A DNA stretch of 64,000 bases from the NCBI GenBank assembly GCA_963797635.1, contig CAWCPZ010000011.1:386667-450666 (forward strand), read 5' to 3'. The number at the start of each line of letters is the position of its first letter. Position 1 is the stretch's first letter. Under the pieces are notes generated by a model. The model saw only the letters and a list, made by a program, of their open reading frames with translations. It was not told the DNA's origin and ran no database searches. Of this stretch, positions 39,972-50,865 are shown piece after piece. Made by a program: the position numbers and the translations under genes. The DNA is from an uncultured Actinomycetes bacterium (GTDB lineage Bacteria > Actinomycetota > UBA4738 > HRBIN12).

Positions 39972-41924
39972 TCAGGCGGCTCCGAAGTCGGTCTGCTCGA
40001 GCGCCCGGCTGTCGGCTTCGGCGAGCAGCGCGGTGACGAGATCGTCGAACGCCACACCCTGGTGCTCGGTGCCCGCGCGATCGCGAACGGTGTACAGGCC
40101 GGACTCGAGCTCCTGATCGCCGATCACCAGCGTGTACGGCGCCTTCATCAGTTGCGCCGCCCGGATCTTCTTGCCGACCGATTCCTTCGAATCGTCGACG
40201 AACGCCCGCAACCCGGCGTCCTTGGCCTTGGCGGCGAGCTCCTCGCAGTGCTCGACGTGACGGTCGGCCACCGCGACGAACCGCACCTGCTCGGGTGCGA
40301 GCCACAGCGGGAATGCGCCCGCGTAGTGCTCGGTGAGCACGCCGAAGAACCGCTCGACGGATCCGAACAACGCCCGGTGGATCATGATCGGCCGGTGCCG
40401 CTCGCCGTCGGGCCCGGCGTAGTGCAGGTCGAACCGCTGCGGGAACTGGAAGTCCACCTGGATCGTGGACATCTGCCACGTACGGCCGATCGCATCACGC
40501 GCCTGCACGCTGATCTTCGGCCCGTAGAACGCCCCGCCGCCCTCATCCATCACCAGCTCGAGATCCATCGCCTCGGCCGCCTGGCGCAGCACCTCCGTGG
40601 CCTCGGCCCAGTCCTCGTCCGAACCCACCGCCTTGTCTTCCGGCCGGGTCGACAGTTCCAGGTAGAAGTCGTCGAGCCCGTAGTCGCGCAACAGGTCGAG
40701 CACGAACACCAGCAGGGAGCGCAGCTCCTCGCCCATCTGCTCCTTGGTGGTGAAGATGTGCGCGTCGTCCATCGTGAGTCCGCGCACCCGCGTGAGCCCG
40801 TGGATCACACCGGACTTCTCGTACCGATAGACCGCCCCGAACTCGAACAACCGCAGCGGCAGTTCCCGGTAGCTCCGGGTGCGGCTGCGGTAGATCAGGA
40901 TGTGCATCGGGCAGTTCATGGGCTTGAGGTAGTACTCCGTGCCGCCGTCGAGCTCCATCGGCGGGAACATGCCGTCGGCGAACCACTCCAGGTGCCCGCT
41001 GGTTTCGAACAACTCCCGCTTCGTGATGTGCGGCGTGTTCACGAACTCGTAGCCGGCCTCCTCGTGACGACGCCGCGAGTAGTCCTCCATCAGGCGCCGG
41101 ATCAAGCCGCCCTTCGGATGGAACACCGCGAGCCCCGACCCGATCTCGTCGGGGAACGAGAACAGATCCAGCTCCAACCCGAGCTTGCGGTGATCGCGCC
41201 GCTCGGCTTCCTCCAAGCGGTGCAGGTGCGCCTCGAGATCGTCCTTGGTGGCCCAGGCGGTGCCGTAGATGCGGGTCAGCTGGGGGTTCTTCTCGTCCCC
41301 GCGCCAGTAGGCACCGGCGACGTTGGTGAGCTTGAAGGCGCCCAGCTTGCCGGTGTGCGGCACATGCGGACCCATGCAGAGGTCGGCCCACTCGCCGTTG
41401 CGATACAGGCTGACGGTCTCACCCTCGGAAGCCTCGGGATCGTCGTCGTTGTCGAGGCCGGCGATGATCTCCAGCTTGAACGGCTGATCCGCCAGCCGCT
41501 CGGCCGCTTCGGCGCGCGAGACCTCCTCGCGCACGAACGGCTGGTTCTGTTTCACGATCTGCCGCATGCGCCGGTCGATCTTCGCGAGCTCGGCGGTGCC
41601 GATCGTCTCGGGCAGGTCGAAGTCGTAGTAGAAGCCGTCGGTCACCGCGGGCCCGATCGCGTACTTCGTCCCCGGGTAGAGATCGCAGACGGCCTGGGCC
41701 AGCACATGGGCGGTGGAATGGCGCAGCACGTGCAATCCGTCCTCGGAGCCCGGAGCGATCGCCTCGACCGCGGCGTCGGCGGCGGGGACGAACGAGAGGT
41801 CGCGGAGCTCGCCGTCCACCCGTGCCGCGATCGTGCCCTTGGGCAGCGCGGATCCGATCGGCTCGCCTTCGGGGAGCTCGATCGCGGCGCCGTCGGGAAG
41901 GGTCAGGGTGGGCATGGCGGCCAT
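39972..41924 (-). CDS. thrS: threonine--tRNA ligase (start at [12 protein letters not shown]; the 237 upstream codons of the track ORF are read-through)
   Basis: TGS domain, editing-domain HxxxH, class II core ([24 protein letters not shown]), anticodon-binding domain. Confidence 0.93.
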   Translation of the reverse strand: MAAMPTLTLPDGAAIELPEGEPIGSALPKGTIAARVDGELRDLSFVPAADAAVEAIAPGSEDGLHVLRHSTAHVLAQAVCDLYPGTKYAIGPAVTDGFYYDFDLPETIGTAELAKIDRRMRQIVKQNQPFVREEVSRAEAAERLADQPFKLEIIAGLDNDDDPEASEGETVSLYRNGEWADLCMGPHVPHTGKLGAFKLTNVAGAYWRGDEKNPQLTRIYGTAWATKDDLEAHLHRLEEAERRDHRKLGLELDLFSFPDEIGSGLAVFHPKGGLIRRLMEDYSRRRHEEAGYEFVNTPHITKRELFETSGHLEWFADGMFPPMELDGGTEYYLKPMNCPMHILIYRSRTRSYRELPLRLFEFGAVYRYEKSGVIHGLTRVRGLTMDDAHIFTTKEQMGEELRSLLVFVLDLLRDYGLDDFYLELSTRPEDKAVGSDEDWAEATEVLRQAAEAMDLELVMDEGGGAFYGPKISVQARDAIGRTWQMSTIQVDFQFPQRFDLHYAGPDGERHRPIMIHRALFGSVERFFGVLTEHYAGAFPLWLAPEQVRFVAVADRHVEHCEELAAKAKDAGLRAFVDDSKESVGKKIRAAQLMKAPYTLVIGDQELESGLYTVRDRAGTEHQGVAFDDLVTALLAEADSRALEQTDFGAA

Positions 41925-41944
41925 GATAGCGACCGCCCGCCTGC

Positions 41945-44491
41945 CTACTCGTACGAGATCGCCTCGAGCACGTTGAGCTTGGCGGCTCGCCGGGCCGGGA
42001 GGAGCGCGACCACGACACCCGCCAGCGCCGCGAGGATGAGGAAGAACACCAACTGCCCCACCGGCAGCACGAACTCGGTGATGCCCTCGGGCGCCAGCGC
42101 CTGCTGCAGCGCCCAGCCGAAGAAGATGCCGATCGCGATGCCGAACAACGCCCCGAGGATCGCGATGATCACCGACTCCCATCGGATCATGCGCTTCACC
42201 TGCGTCCGACCCATGCCCACGGCGCGCAACAGCCCGAGCTCCCGGGTGCGTTCGAAGATCGACAGGCTCAGCGTGTTCGCGATCCCGAAGAGCGCGATCA
42301 CGACCGCGAGGAACAGCATCGCGGTGACGAGACCCAGCAGCTGGTTCACGAAGCCGGCCTGCTGATCGCGGAAGGCTGCCTGGTCCTGTACCTCGATGTT
42401 GCCGAACTCGGCCGTGGCCTGCTCGACGTCGCCTCGGACGGCGGCGGTATCGGCTCCGTCCGCGACCTTCACGAACACGAACGTGTCGAGCTGGGCGCGG
42501 AAGAGCTCGTCGAACGTGTCGAGGGACACCACGTAGTCCCCCACCAACCGGTTGTCGTCGAAGGTCCCGCCGATCGTGAGCGGATCGTCGCCGATCGTGG
42601 CGAACGCCGATGGGAGCTCGTCGCCCACAGCCCATCCGTTGTCCTCCATCGTCTGGTCGTAGACCAGCACGTCACCGCCGTCGAGGGAGGCGATGGCTCC
42701 CTCGCTCGGTCCCAGGTTCGCCACGGTTTCGATCGTGGCCGGATCCACGCCGGTCATCGCGGCGTCGCTGTCGTTGACCTTGAACCCACCCTGCCGGAAC
42801 GCCGAGACGGCCTCGACACCGTCGACGTCGGCGGTCCGAGCCGCCACTTCCTGGCTGAACGGGAGGAACGAGGACGACGTCAACACGAGGTCGGCACGCA
42901 GCGTGTCCTGCAGGGCCGCGTCGAACGAGGCCTTCAGCGACGCGGACAAGATCGAGACCATGGCGATCAGCCCCAGGCCGATCATCAGCGCCGACGACGT
43001 CGCCGCCGTCCGGCGTGGGTTGCGCATCGCGTTCTCGCGGCCCAACCGGGCCGCCATGCTCAAGCCGCGAACGGGGCGCCCGATCGCACCCGAGAGCGGA
43101 CGGGCCGCGAGGGGCGACAGGATCGCGATCCCGATGAAGATCACGGCCGCCCCGCCGCCGATCAGGAGACCGGCGTTGTCCGGTTCCCCGAACAGCCCGT
43201 AGCCCAGGAACGCGAGCCCCAGCGCCGTCACGATCACGCCGATCACCGAGCGCCGCCCCAGGTGGTCGGCGCCGGCGTCCTGCGAGTCACGCAGCGCCTC
43301 GATCGGGGCCACGCGCGCGGCCCGACGGGCGGGAAGCACCGACGCCACGGTGGTCACGACCACCCCGATGATCAGGGAGACCACGATGGTCCGCGGCTCG
43401 AGCTGGAGCGAGGTGCTGGGCAGGTCGATGCCGAACCCGGACAGCAACGCCTTCAGGAGCACCGCGATCCCGACCCCGGCGACGATGCCGATGACCGCCG
43501 CCACCAGTCCGAGCACGAGGGCTTCGATGATCACGGAGGTGAGGACCTGGCGGCGGCTCGCGCCGACGGCGCGCAGAAGGGCCAGCTCCTTGGCCCGCTG
43601 AGCGACGATGATCGAAAAGGTGTTGAAGATCTGGAACGACCCCACGAACAGGGCGATGAACGCGAAGACCAGCAGGGCGATCCGGAAGAATCCGAGCCCT
43701 TCCTTGAGCTGGTCGGACTGCTCGTCGGCCACTGACGTGCTCGTGACCGCTTCGACCTTGGGCGGCAGCACGTCCTGGATCGCGGCCCGCAGCTGCCCGG
43801 GGTCCGTGCCCTCGTCCCCGAGCACCGAGATCGAATCGAATTCGCCCTCCTTGTCGAGCACCCGCTGGGCGGTGGGCAAGGTGAACGCGGCCAGCGTGGC
43901 ACCACCCAGGTTGTCGGCGTCGCCGAACCCGAGGATCCCGGAGATCGTGAACTCCTCGGGAGGACCCTGGAAGAGGATCTTCACGTCCTGACCCACCGTG
44001 AGGTCGTAGCGGGTCGCCGTCGCGGCGTCGATCACGACGTCATCGGCGGCGCTGGGCGCCGCGCCCTCCCGGATCTGCACGGTCGGGTTCGTGTCGGTCC
44101 AGTTCGTTCCGATCGTCGGCGGACCGACGCCGCCGATCGGGTCGCCCGTTGCCGGGTCGACGACCTGCGCGCTTCCCGAGACGTCGCCGGAAGCCGACGC
44201 GACCCCGGGGACCGATTCGACCGTGGGCAACAACGTGTCCGGGACCGGATCGCGTTCCTCGATCGCGCCGCTCCCCGGTCCGGTCGCGCTCGGAGCGAAT
44301 GCCTGCTCGGCCCGGACCACCACGTCCGAGCCCGCGGCCGCGTCGGTGAACAACTGGTCGAACGCCTTGTTCATCGTGTCGGTGAGCACGAACGTCCCAG
44401 CGACGAAGCCGACCCCGAGCACGATCGAGATGACCGTGAGCGCCAGACGGCGCTTGCGGGCGAGGAGCCCTTTCAGGGTGGCGCGAAGCAT
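41945..44491 (-). CDS. ABC transporter permease with duplicated FtsX-like domains (MacB/DevC type)
   Basis: 848 aa; two MacB_PCD-like periplasmic regions, each followed by 4 TM helices. Confidence 0.88.
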   Translation of the reverse strand: MLRATLKGLLARKRRLALTVISIVLGVGFVAGTFVLTDTMNKAFDQLFTDAAAGSDVVVRAEQAFAPSATGPGSGAIEERDPVPDTLLPTVESVPGVASASGDVSGSAQVVDPATGDPIGGVGPPTIGTNWTDTNPTVQIREGAAPSAADDVVIDAATATRYDLTVGQDVKILFQGPPEEFTISGILGFGDADNLGGATLAAFTLPTAQRVLDKEGEFDSISVLGDEGTDPGQLRAAIQDVLPPKVEAVTSTSVADEQSDQLKEGLGFFRIALLVFAFIALFVGSFQIFNTFSIIVAQRAKELALLRAVGASRRQVLTSVIIEALVLGLVAAVIGIVAGVGIAVLLKALLSGFGIDLPSTSLQLEPRTIVVSLIIGVVVTTVASVLPARRAARVAPIEALRDSQDAGADHLGRRSVIGVIVTALGLAFLGYGLFGEPDNAGLLIGGGAAVIFIGIAILSPLAARPLSGAIGRPVRGLSMAARLGRENAMRNPRRTAATSSALMIGLGLIAMVSILSASLKASFDAALQDTLRADLVLTSSSFLPFSQEVAARTADVDGVEAVSAFRQGGFKVNDSDAAMTGVDPATIETVANLGPSEGAIASLDGGDVLVYDQTMEDNGWAVGDELPSAFATIGDDPLTIGGTFDDNRLVGDYVVSLDTFDELFRAQLDTFVFVKVADGADTAAVRGDVEQATAEFGNIEVQDQAAFRDQQAGFVNQLLGLVTAMLFLAVVIALFGIANTLSLSIFERTRELGLLRAVGMGRTQVKRMIRWESVIIAILGALFGIAIGIFFGWALQQALAPEGITEFVLPVGQLVFFLILAALAGVVVALLPARRAAKLNVLEAISYE

Positions 44492-44496
44492 GAGGG

Positions 44497-45246
44497 TCAG
44501 CCTTCCAGCGACTTCAGTCTGTCCAGGACCGATGCTGCCGTCGGCTCACGCATCTCATCGACGATGAGCCCGTCGGCGAGGAACACGACCCGGTCGGCGT
44601 AGCCGGCGGCGCCGGCGTCATGGGTGACCATCACGATCGTCTGGCCGTATTCCTTCACGGCTTCGCGCAGGAACCCGAGCAACTCGGCACCCGACCGCGA
44701 GTCCAGGTTCCCCGTGGGTTCGTCGGCGAAGGCGATCTCGGGCCGGCTCACCAACGCGCGGGCACCGGCCACGCGCTGCTGCTGCCCGCCGGAGAGCTCG
44801 GACGGGCGATGCCCCAGCCGATCGCGGATGCCGATCGTGTCCACGACCTGATCGAACCACGCGCGGTCGACGTCCCGTCCCGCGATGTCCAGGGGAAGGG
44901 TGATGTTCTCCGAGGCGGTGAGCGTGGGGATGAGGTTGAACGCCTGGAACACGAACCCCACCTTGTCGCGCCGCAGCGTCGTCAGCGCCTTCTCCGACAG
45001 CGTCGTGAGGTCGACGTCACCGATCAGGACGTTGCCCGAGGTCGGCGTGTCGAGGCCCGCCATGCAGTGCAGCAGGGTCGACTTGCCCGACCCCGACGGC
45101 CCCATGATCGCGGTGAACTCGGCGGCGGCGAAGTCGACCGAGACCCCCCGCAGGGCCTGGACCGCGGCATCGCCCTGCCCGTAGATCTTCCGCAGGTCGA
45201 CCGCGCGAGCGGCGACACCGGGCGTGGCTGGCGCGGGAACGGACAT
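44497..45246 (-). CDS. ABC transporter ATP-binding protein (MacB/LolD type)
   Basis: Walker A GPSGSGKST, signature LSGGQQQRV, Walker B IAFADEP; start taken at MSVPAPATPG. Confidence 0.9.
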   Translation of the reverse strand: MSVPAPATPGVAARAVDLRKIYGQGDAAVQALRGVSVDFAAAEFTAIMGPSGSGKSTLLHCMAGLDTPTSGNVLIGDVDLTTLSEKALTTLRRDKVGFVFQAFNLIPTLTASENITLPLDIAGRDVDRAWFDQVVDTIGIRDRLGHRPSELSGGQQQRVAGARALVSRPEIAFADEPTGNLDSRSGAELLGFLREAVKEYGQTIVMVTHDAGAAGYADRVVFLADGLIVDEMREPTAASVLDRLKSLEG

Positions 45247-45669
45247 GCGGGTTTCCTCCTGCTCGGGTCGAACGGGCGAACGCTGCACACCCTACCGAAC
45301 GGGGATGGAGACGCCGTCGCACACAAGCAGAACGAGCGGGACCCGTCGTCGTCGGATCGTCAGGCAGCGTGTCGCGTGCGACGGACTCGAGGGCGAGGTT
45401 GGCGCGGCCGAGGGGCAGCGTTCGACTCGATGTCCATCGTGGAGCCCCACGCAACGGTGATGACGAGGAGCGCGACGACTGCGATCACGAAGGCGATCAC
45501 CATGTGCAAAATCGTTTCACAACGCCCGCGATGTTGCCAGCAACAGGACGGGCCATTTCGGTGTTAGGCCGAACGGGCGACCGGAGGCACGTTCGTGCGT
45601 GGGCAAGTGCCTAGTCCTTCGGTGGACGAGCGACCGAAGCGAGCCCCGCAGGGTCGATCCTCGTCCGAG

Positions 45670-45744
45670 TGGTGGGCGCGGCAGGTTTTGAACCTGCGAC
45701 CTCTCGCGTGTGAGGCGAGCGCTCTCCCACTGAGCTACGCGCCC
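45670..45744 (-). tRNA. tRNA-Val (anticodon CAC), CCA encoded
   Basis: GGGCGCGTAGCTCAGTGGGAGAGCGCTCGCCTCACACGCGAGAGGTCGCAGGTTCAAAACCTGCCGCGCCCACCA folds as a cloverleaf with a 7-bp acceptor stem. Confidence 0.9.
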
Positions 45745-46146
45745 GGACGGCAGGAACGATAGCAAGTTCCGACGCGAACCTTCATGCGGGACCGATCCAT
45801 CGCCGCCGGAAGCGGGCAAAAGTGACGGCGGCACGTGCCCGCGTCGTGCCGCCGTCGGCCCGGGCCGGAGCCCGGACGCTTCACGGCCGGAAGTCTGTCA
45901 CGGTGACACGACAACTGCAAGGTTGCCTCTGCGAAGGATGGCGCTTCCGCTCAACGGCGCATCATCAACCGCATCGGACCATTGCGTGAGGTCGGCCCGC
46001 GCCAACGTTGCTCGAGTGCCTAGAGAGGCACGGCTCCAAGTCCCCTTCGACCCAGACCGAGGAAGGCCACGCTCGGCTCAGGCGTAACGCCGGGAACACC
46101 TCCGGCGATGTAGCAAGTGGACCTACCCCCGGGTCCGATTTACGCA

Positions 46147-46177
46147 AGAGAGACCCCGGGTTCGCTGGGGTCTCTCT
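46147..46177. terminator. perfect 11-bp GC-rich hairpin (AGAGAGACCCC-GGGTTCGCT-GGGGTCTCTCT), weak T-tract on plus; possible terminator or RNA structural element
   Basis: Inverted repeat read directly; followed by TTGCGTT on the plus strand. Confidence 0.3.
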
Positions 46178-46513
46178 TTGCGTTGATACGCCGGGGCGTC
46201 GGGATAGCGGGCCGGCAAGATCCGAAGCACTTCACGAACCGAAACGGGCCCGCCGAGACCCCCGTTGACGGGACGGCCGTGCGCGACCGCTCCCCCTCAA
46301 TTTGCTCGGCGGGCCCGTTCGGGCCTCGCGCCTCCAAGGATCGGAGGCCCTTCGAGCGTAGGAGCAGCGGTAGAGGCAGCCAATAGGGCATTGGGCCCAC
46401 GTCTCAAGGCTCGCCATGGACAGGCTCTGGATGGTGAGCGGACAGCTCGAAGCCCCCGGACTTGGATCTGACAGGGACCGGTCCGAGGGCTTCGAAGCTC
46501 AGCAGCTATCCGT

Positions 46514-46840
46514 TCAGCAGTAGATGCCGCTGTACGGGTCCGGGTAGCACACCTCGCCGTAGACGACGTAGTAGCTGATCCCGGGGGTCTGTCCGCCACC
46601 GTTGGTCCATGTGACCGTGTACGGCGAGCCGTCGGAGACCAAGATCCCGCTGGCCTTCGTCCCGGCCTTCACGCAGAACTGCGTCCCGGCGGGGAGTGTC
46701 AGCGTCTTGCCGAAGCTGTCGCCAACCTCGGTCTTGGTGCCTCCGGACGGGCAGTGCTGGGTGGCGGCGCTGGCGCTCACGCCACCGAACACGACACTGA
46801 GGGTGAAGACCGTCAGTGCCAAGAGAAGCAATCTGCGCAC
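46514..46840 (-). CDS. small secreted Cys-rich protein (Sec signal peptide; mature ~82 aa with 4 Cys), no recognisable family
   Basis: 108 aa; GTG start 7 nt after AAGGAG; MRRLLLLALTVFTLSVVFGGVSASA|ATQHCPSGG...; beta-rich composition (T/G/Y/V); C-terminus ...YPDPYSGIYC. Confidence 0.65.
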   Translation of the reverse strand: MRRLLLLALTVFTLSVVFGGVSASAATQHCPSGGTKTEVGDSFGKTLTLPAGTQFCVKAGTKASGILVSDGSPYTVTWTNGGGQTPGISYYVVYGEVCYPDPYSGIYC

Positions 46841-47053
46841 GATTGCGCTCCTTTCACGAAAGGATCGGGGGTCGATCCAGGGAAACCAAGGCTAGGTCAA
46901 AGGGGCTGAGTGTGGTACCCCCTAATGGCTAGGGCGTCTAGGCCGAAGGGCTCATCCAAGCCCGCATGCGAGCGGCACGCTGGTGGCACGGCCGAGGAAC
47001 GGTCGGTCTCATGATCGGGCCCCCGTATGCCCTCTGACCTGCTGTTTCAAGTG

Positions 47054-47128
47054 GTGGGCGATAGAGGATTTGAACCTCTGACCTCTTCCGTGTCAAGGAA
47101 GCGCTCTCCCCCTGAGCTAATCGCCCGC
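47054..47128 (-). tRNA. tRNA-Val (anticodon GAC), CCA encoded
   Basis: GGGCGATTAGCTCAGGGGGAGAGCGCTTCCTTGACACGGAAGAGGTCAGAGGTTCAAATCCTCTATCGCCCACCA. Confidence 0.9.
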
Positions 47129-47148
47129 GGCCGACCGAACCCTTCGAG

Positions 47149-47219
47149 GCGGGGACCGGAATCGAACCGGTGTGCGAGGCTTTGCAGGCCTCTGCCTAAC
47201 CACTCGGCCACCCCGCCGC
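47149..47219 (-). tRNA. tRNA-Cys (anticodon GCA), no encoded CCA
   Basis: GGCGGGGTGGCCGAGTGGTTAGGCAGAGGCCTGCAAAGCCTCGCACACCGGTTCGATTCCGGTCCCCGCCT, U73 discriminator. Confidence 0.88.
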
Positions 47220-47382
47220 AATCTCGCCTTACTGTACCTGTCGACACGCGAATGGCCGCCCTGAGGAAGCCCTCCGGTTGGACCGGACGTCCGCTCGACC
47301 CTCGCGTCGACGCAGCCAGCAGTCGATCGGAAGCGATACATGGCGCCGACCCTGCGTCGGATGAGCCTCATATGCTGAGGGC

Positions 47383-50223
47383 ATGCCCTGTCCGGTCTGC
47401 GGCCATCCGCTCCCCGACGACGCCCGGTTCTGCCCGAACTGCGGCGCCGTCGTCGGCACGCCGCTGGGCACCGAGGAGCGCAAGATCGTCACGGTGCTCT
47501 TCGCCGACCTCGTGGACTCCACCGGCCTCGCGCAGCGCCTCGACGCCGAGCGAGCGAGGGAGATCCTCGGGCAGTTCTTCGCCACCGCCACGGAGGAACT
47601 GCAGAACTTGCGCGGGCGGCCGGAGAAGTTCATCGGCGACGCCGTCATGGCGGTCTTCGGGCTACCGCACGTCCACGAAGACGACGCGGTGCGCGCGGTC
47701 AGAGCGGGCCTCGCGATCCGCGCCCGCGTGCGCCGACTCGGCCGGTCCGCAGGGCTCGCCGAGCCGCTCGACGTGCGGGTGGGCATCGAATCGGGCGAGG
47801 CCGCCACGGGCGAAGGCCCCGCCGGACAACTGCTCGTGACCGGCCAGGTCGTGAACGCGGCGGCGCGCCTGCAGACCGCTGCCGCGCCCGGCGAGGTGCT
47901 GGCCGGGATCACGGCGCACACCCTCACCGACACGCAGGTCTCCTACGGCGAGCCCCGTGACGTCGTCGCGAAGGGATTCGACGGCTTCCTCTCAGCCTTC
48001 CCCGCCGAAGGGCTCACGACCCGCTCGGTCCGCCGCACCATCCCGTTCGTCGGCCGCTCGAGCGAGCTCACGATCCTGCGCGAGTGCTTCGCTCGGGCCG
48101 CGGGGGCCGGTCGCCCGGTCCTCGCCACGATCCTCGGCGAGGGCGGCATCGGGAAGACCCGCCTCGCCGACGAGCTCGTGGCCGGCCTCGACGTCGATGT
48201 CCGGGTCCTGCGCGGCGCAGCGCGGTCCTATACCGACACCGCCACGTTCGCACCCGTCGCGGCCATCGTCGCCGAACTCGCGGGGATCGAGGACGGCGAT
48301 GCGCCGGAGAAGGCGCGGCAGCGGCTCACGGAGCTCGTCGAACGCTGGTGCGACCGCGCGGAGGGCGACCAGATCGTGGACCGGCTGGGGCTGCTGTTCG
48401 GCGCGGCGAAGCACCGGATCGACGAGTCGGCCTTCGTGCACGACGTCCAAGCCGGGTTCATCGATCTCGTGGACGGGCTCGTGCAGGACGGTGCCGCGGT
48501 GCTCGTGTTCGACGACGCGCACGCGCTGAAGCCCGCCATGGTGGAGCTCGTGCAGCGCCTGGGGGCCGCCCCCTCGGGCGGGCCGCGCACGGCGCTCACG
48601 CTCGCCCTCGCGCGGCCGGAGCTCATCGAGGAGCACCCCACGTGGGGCTCCTCCGCGGCCAACGCCGTGATGCTGCGGCTCGAGCCGTTGCCCGCCGACG
48701 ACGCCGTCGCGCTCGTGCGCCAGGCCGGCGGTGGCCGCATCGCCGACGAGGAGGCCGCCGAGATCGCCGGTCGCGCCGGGGGCAACCCGTTCTTCATCGT
48801 GGAGACCACCGGCATGCTGCTCGGGGGCGACGGTGAGCATCCACCCGGCTCGCGCACGATCCCGGCCACCGTGCAGGCAGTGGTGGCGGCGCGCCTCGAC
48901 GCGCTCTCGCCCCGGTTGCGCGACCTCGCGCGCCGCGCATCGGTGTTCCTCTACTCCTTCGACCTGCCCGAGCTCGGTGCCGTGGACGAGGCGGCCGATC
49001 TCGATGAGCTCCGCGACCTCGAGGAGGCCGAGATCCTCGTGCGCGAAGTCGGCAGCGGGGGGCCGGCGCGCTGGCGCGTCCGCCACGCCACGCTGCGCGA
49101 GGTGGCCTACGCGAGCCTGCCGAAGCGCGAGCGGCTGCGGCTGCACGAGCGGGTCGCCGATCGCCTGCTCGCCGCGGGCCACCCCTCGTACGCCGCCGAC
49201 CACCTCGAGCTCGCCGCGTTCGCCTCGCTGGACATGGACCCGCAGGACCGCACACTCCCCGAGCGCGCAGCCGACGCCCTGCTCGGCGCGGCCGACCGCG
49301 CGCGTCGCCGGATGGAGAGCCGCACGGCCGTCGACCACTACCGGCGGACACTCGCGATGTCGGGCCCCGAGGACGGGTGGGGCGTGCGCGAGGCGCGGGC
49401 CCTCGCCGGCATGGGCGAGGCGCGCTACTGGCTCGGCGAGTACGCGGAGGCGCGCGACGCCCTCGAGCGCGCAGCGACGATCGCGACCGAGCACGAGGAC
49501 GCGTTCGCGGTGGCGCTCGCGCTGCGGTTCCTCGGGGACATCGCGATCAACGTCGAGGCCGATCTCGACAAGGCGGAGGAGCTGCTCGACCGGTCCCTCG
49601 CCGCGGCCGAGGAGCTCGGCGAGCCCATGGCGCTCACCCGGACCCTGCTGTTCGCCGGCTGGGTGCCGTGGACGCGCGGGGACTTCGACGAGTCGGAGAA
49701 GGTGTGGCGGCGCGCCCTCGAGGTCGCCGAAGACGACGACCGGTGGGCGCGTGTGCGAGCGCTCACATCGCTCTCGATCAACCGCTCGGAGGTGAAGGAC
49801 CTCGACGCCGCGCTCGAGCTCATCGAGGAGGCCGGCGCCCTCGCGGAGAAGACCGGCGATCGGTTCAGCATCGCGGTCGCCGACGTGCAACACGCGCGGG
49901 TGCTCCACGACCTCGGACGCGTCGAGGAGGCACTCGTGTGCTTCGACCGCGGCGTCGCGACCTTCGAGGACCTCGGCGCGCGTTGGGAGTGGGCCGACGC
50001 ACTCGCCGCGCGCGGCATCTCCAAGCGCGAGCTCGGCCGGCTCGACGACGCCGAGACGGACCTTCGCCTCGCGATCCGGATCTCCGAGGAGCTCGGTGAG
50101 CGCCAGCTCGCGAGCTGGACGTGGCGCGCGCTCGCGCGGGTCGCCGAACGCCGCGGCGACGAGGCCGCCGCCGCCGAACTGTTCCGCAACGCCCAGGAGG
50201 CCGAGTCGCGCTTCCCCCGGTAA
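47383..50223 (+). CDS. multidomain signalling protein: double zinc ribbon + class III adenylate/guanylate cyclase domain + STAND/AAA NTPase + C-terminal TPR array (no HTH)
   Basis: 946 aa; CPVCGHPLPDDARFCPNCG; cyclase motifs VTVLFADLVDST, KFIGDAVMAVFG, VNAAARLQ; P-loop GEGGIGKTRLADEL; TPR-like helical repeats through the C-terminus; GAGGG 5 nt upstream of ATG. Confidence 0.85.
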   Translation: MPCPVCGHPLPDDARFCPNCGAVVGTPLGTEERKIVTVLFADLVDSTGLAQRLDAERAREILGQFFATATEELQNLRGRPEKFIGDAVMAVFGLPHVHEDDAVRAVRAGLAIRARVRRLGRSAGLAEPLDVRVGIESGEAATGEGPAGQLLVTGQVVNAAARLQTAAAPGEVLAGITAHTLTDTQVSYGEPRDVVAKGFDGFLSAFPAEGLTTRSVRRTIPFVGRSSELTILRECFARAAGAGRPVLATILGEGGIGKTRLADELVAGLDVDVRVLRGAARSYTDTATFAPVAAIVAELAGIEDGDAPEKARQRLTELVERWCDRAEGDQIVDRLGLLFGAAKHRIDESAFVHDVQAGFIDLVDGLVQDGAAVLVFDDAHALKPAMVELVQRLGAAPSGGPRTALTLALARPELIEEHPTWGSSAANAVMLRLEPLPADDAVALVRQAGGGRIADEEAAEIAGRAGGNPFFIVETTGMLLGGDGEHPPGSRTIPATVQAVVAARLDALSPRLRDLARRASVFLYSFDLPELGAVDEAADLDELRDLEEAEILVREVGSGGPARWRVRHATLREVAYASLPKRERLRLHERVADRLLAAGHPSYAADHLELAAFASLDMDPQDRTLPERAADALLGAADRARRRMESRTAVDHYRRTLAMSGPEDGWGVREARALAGMGEARYWLGEYAEARDALERAATIATEHEDAFAVALALRFLGDIAINVEADLDKAEELLDRSLAAAEELGEPMALTRTLLFAGWVPWTRGDFDESEKVWRRALEVAEDDDRWARVRALTSLSINRSEVKDLDAALELIEEAGALAEKTGDRFSIAVADVQHARVLHDLGRVEEALVCFDRGVATFEDLGARWEWADALAARGISKRELGRLDDAETDLRLAIRISEELGERQLASWTWRALARVAERRGDEAAAAELFRNAQEAESRFPR

Positions 50224-50235
50224 CGGGGGGTCTGC

Positions 50236-50311
<76 letters not shown>

Positions 50312-50349
50312 GTGGTGTCACTCCATGCTAACCGCGCCCGTGTGCACCT

Positions 50350-50865
50350 TCAACCGGCCTCATCGAACGCCGGGTGCCACCGGACGGACCCCTCGAGCGC
50401 CAGTGGAGCCTCGTCGAGGCGCGCCACCATGAAGTCCTCCTCGGCGATCTCGAACCCTTCCTCCGCCTCGCCGGCGTAGGGGTTCTTCAGCCCGAAGGTG
50501 GAGGCGGGGACGAAGCCGAACCGCGGGTAGTACGCCGGCGACCCGAGCAGCATCACGACCCGCTCCCCCCGCCGGGCGGCTTCCTCGAGCGCGGCGCGCA
50601 CCAGCGCCCCGCCGCATCCCTGCCCCTGGCGTTCGGGGAGCACCCCGATGGGGCCGAGCGCGAGGACCGGCGTGGCGCCGACCCACCCGCGGCTCATCTG
50701 CACGTGGCCGATCATCGTGTCGCCGTCCTCGGCGACCAAGGCGAACGACCCCTCCTCGTCCGCCACCGCACGTGCGATCTCGGCTTCCAGATCGCGCTCG
50801 AACGCCAGGCGCTCGAGCGCGAACGACGCATCCCGGTCGTCGGTGCGCTCGAGCCGGATGTTCAT
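50350..50865 (-). CDS. GNAT family N-acetyltransferase
   Basis: 171 aa; acetyl-CoA binding region RQGQGCGGALVRAALEEAARRG. Confidence 0.8.
   Translation of the reverse strand: MNIRLERTDDRDASFALERLAFERDLEAEIARAVADEEGSFALVAEDGDTMIGHVQMSRGWVGATPVLALGPIGVLPERQGQGCGGALVRAALEEAARRGERVVMLLGSPAYYPRFGFVPASTFGLKNPYAGEAEEGFEIAEEDFMVARLDEAPLALEGSVRWHPAFDEAG

Noticed and set aside
39972-42635. ThrS (887 aa), HisS (545 aa), HflX (668 aa), RuvB (432 aa), RuvC (304 aa), DapF (337 aa), LexA (246 aa) and YajC (361 aa) as given in the ORF track, with long N-terminal extensions
   Set aside because: The extensions are Arg-rich read-through over the upstream gene in a non-coding frame. Conserved N-terminal motifs and gene overlaps place the true starts internally (coordinates given in features).
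45600-45670. Possible tRNA fragment (GGGTCGATCC T-loop-like string) just 3' of tRNA-Val(CAC)
   Set aside because: No complementary acceptor or anticodon arms could be built; it is probably a chance resemblance.
45745-46513. RNase P RNA, tmRNA or SRP RNA in the ORF-free segment
   Set aside because: An AAGTCCGGG-like string is present, but the other universally conserved RNase P regions (GGTAAGAGC..CACC, ACAGAAnCCGGCTTA) are absent. There is no tRNA-like 3' end or tag reading frame for tmRNA, and no SRP domain IV motif. I left it as an unassigned structured region.
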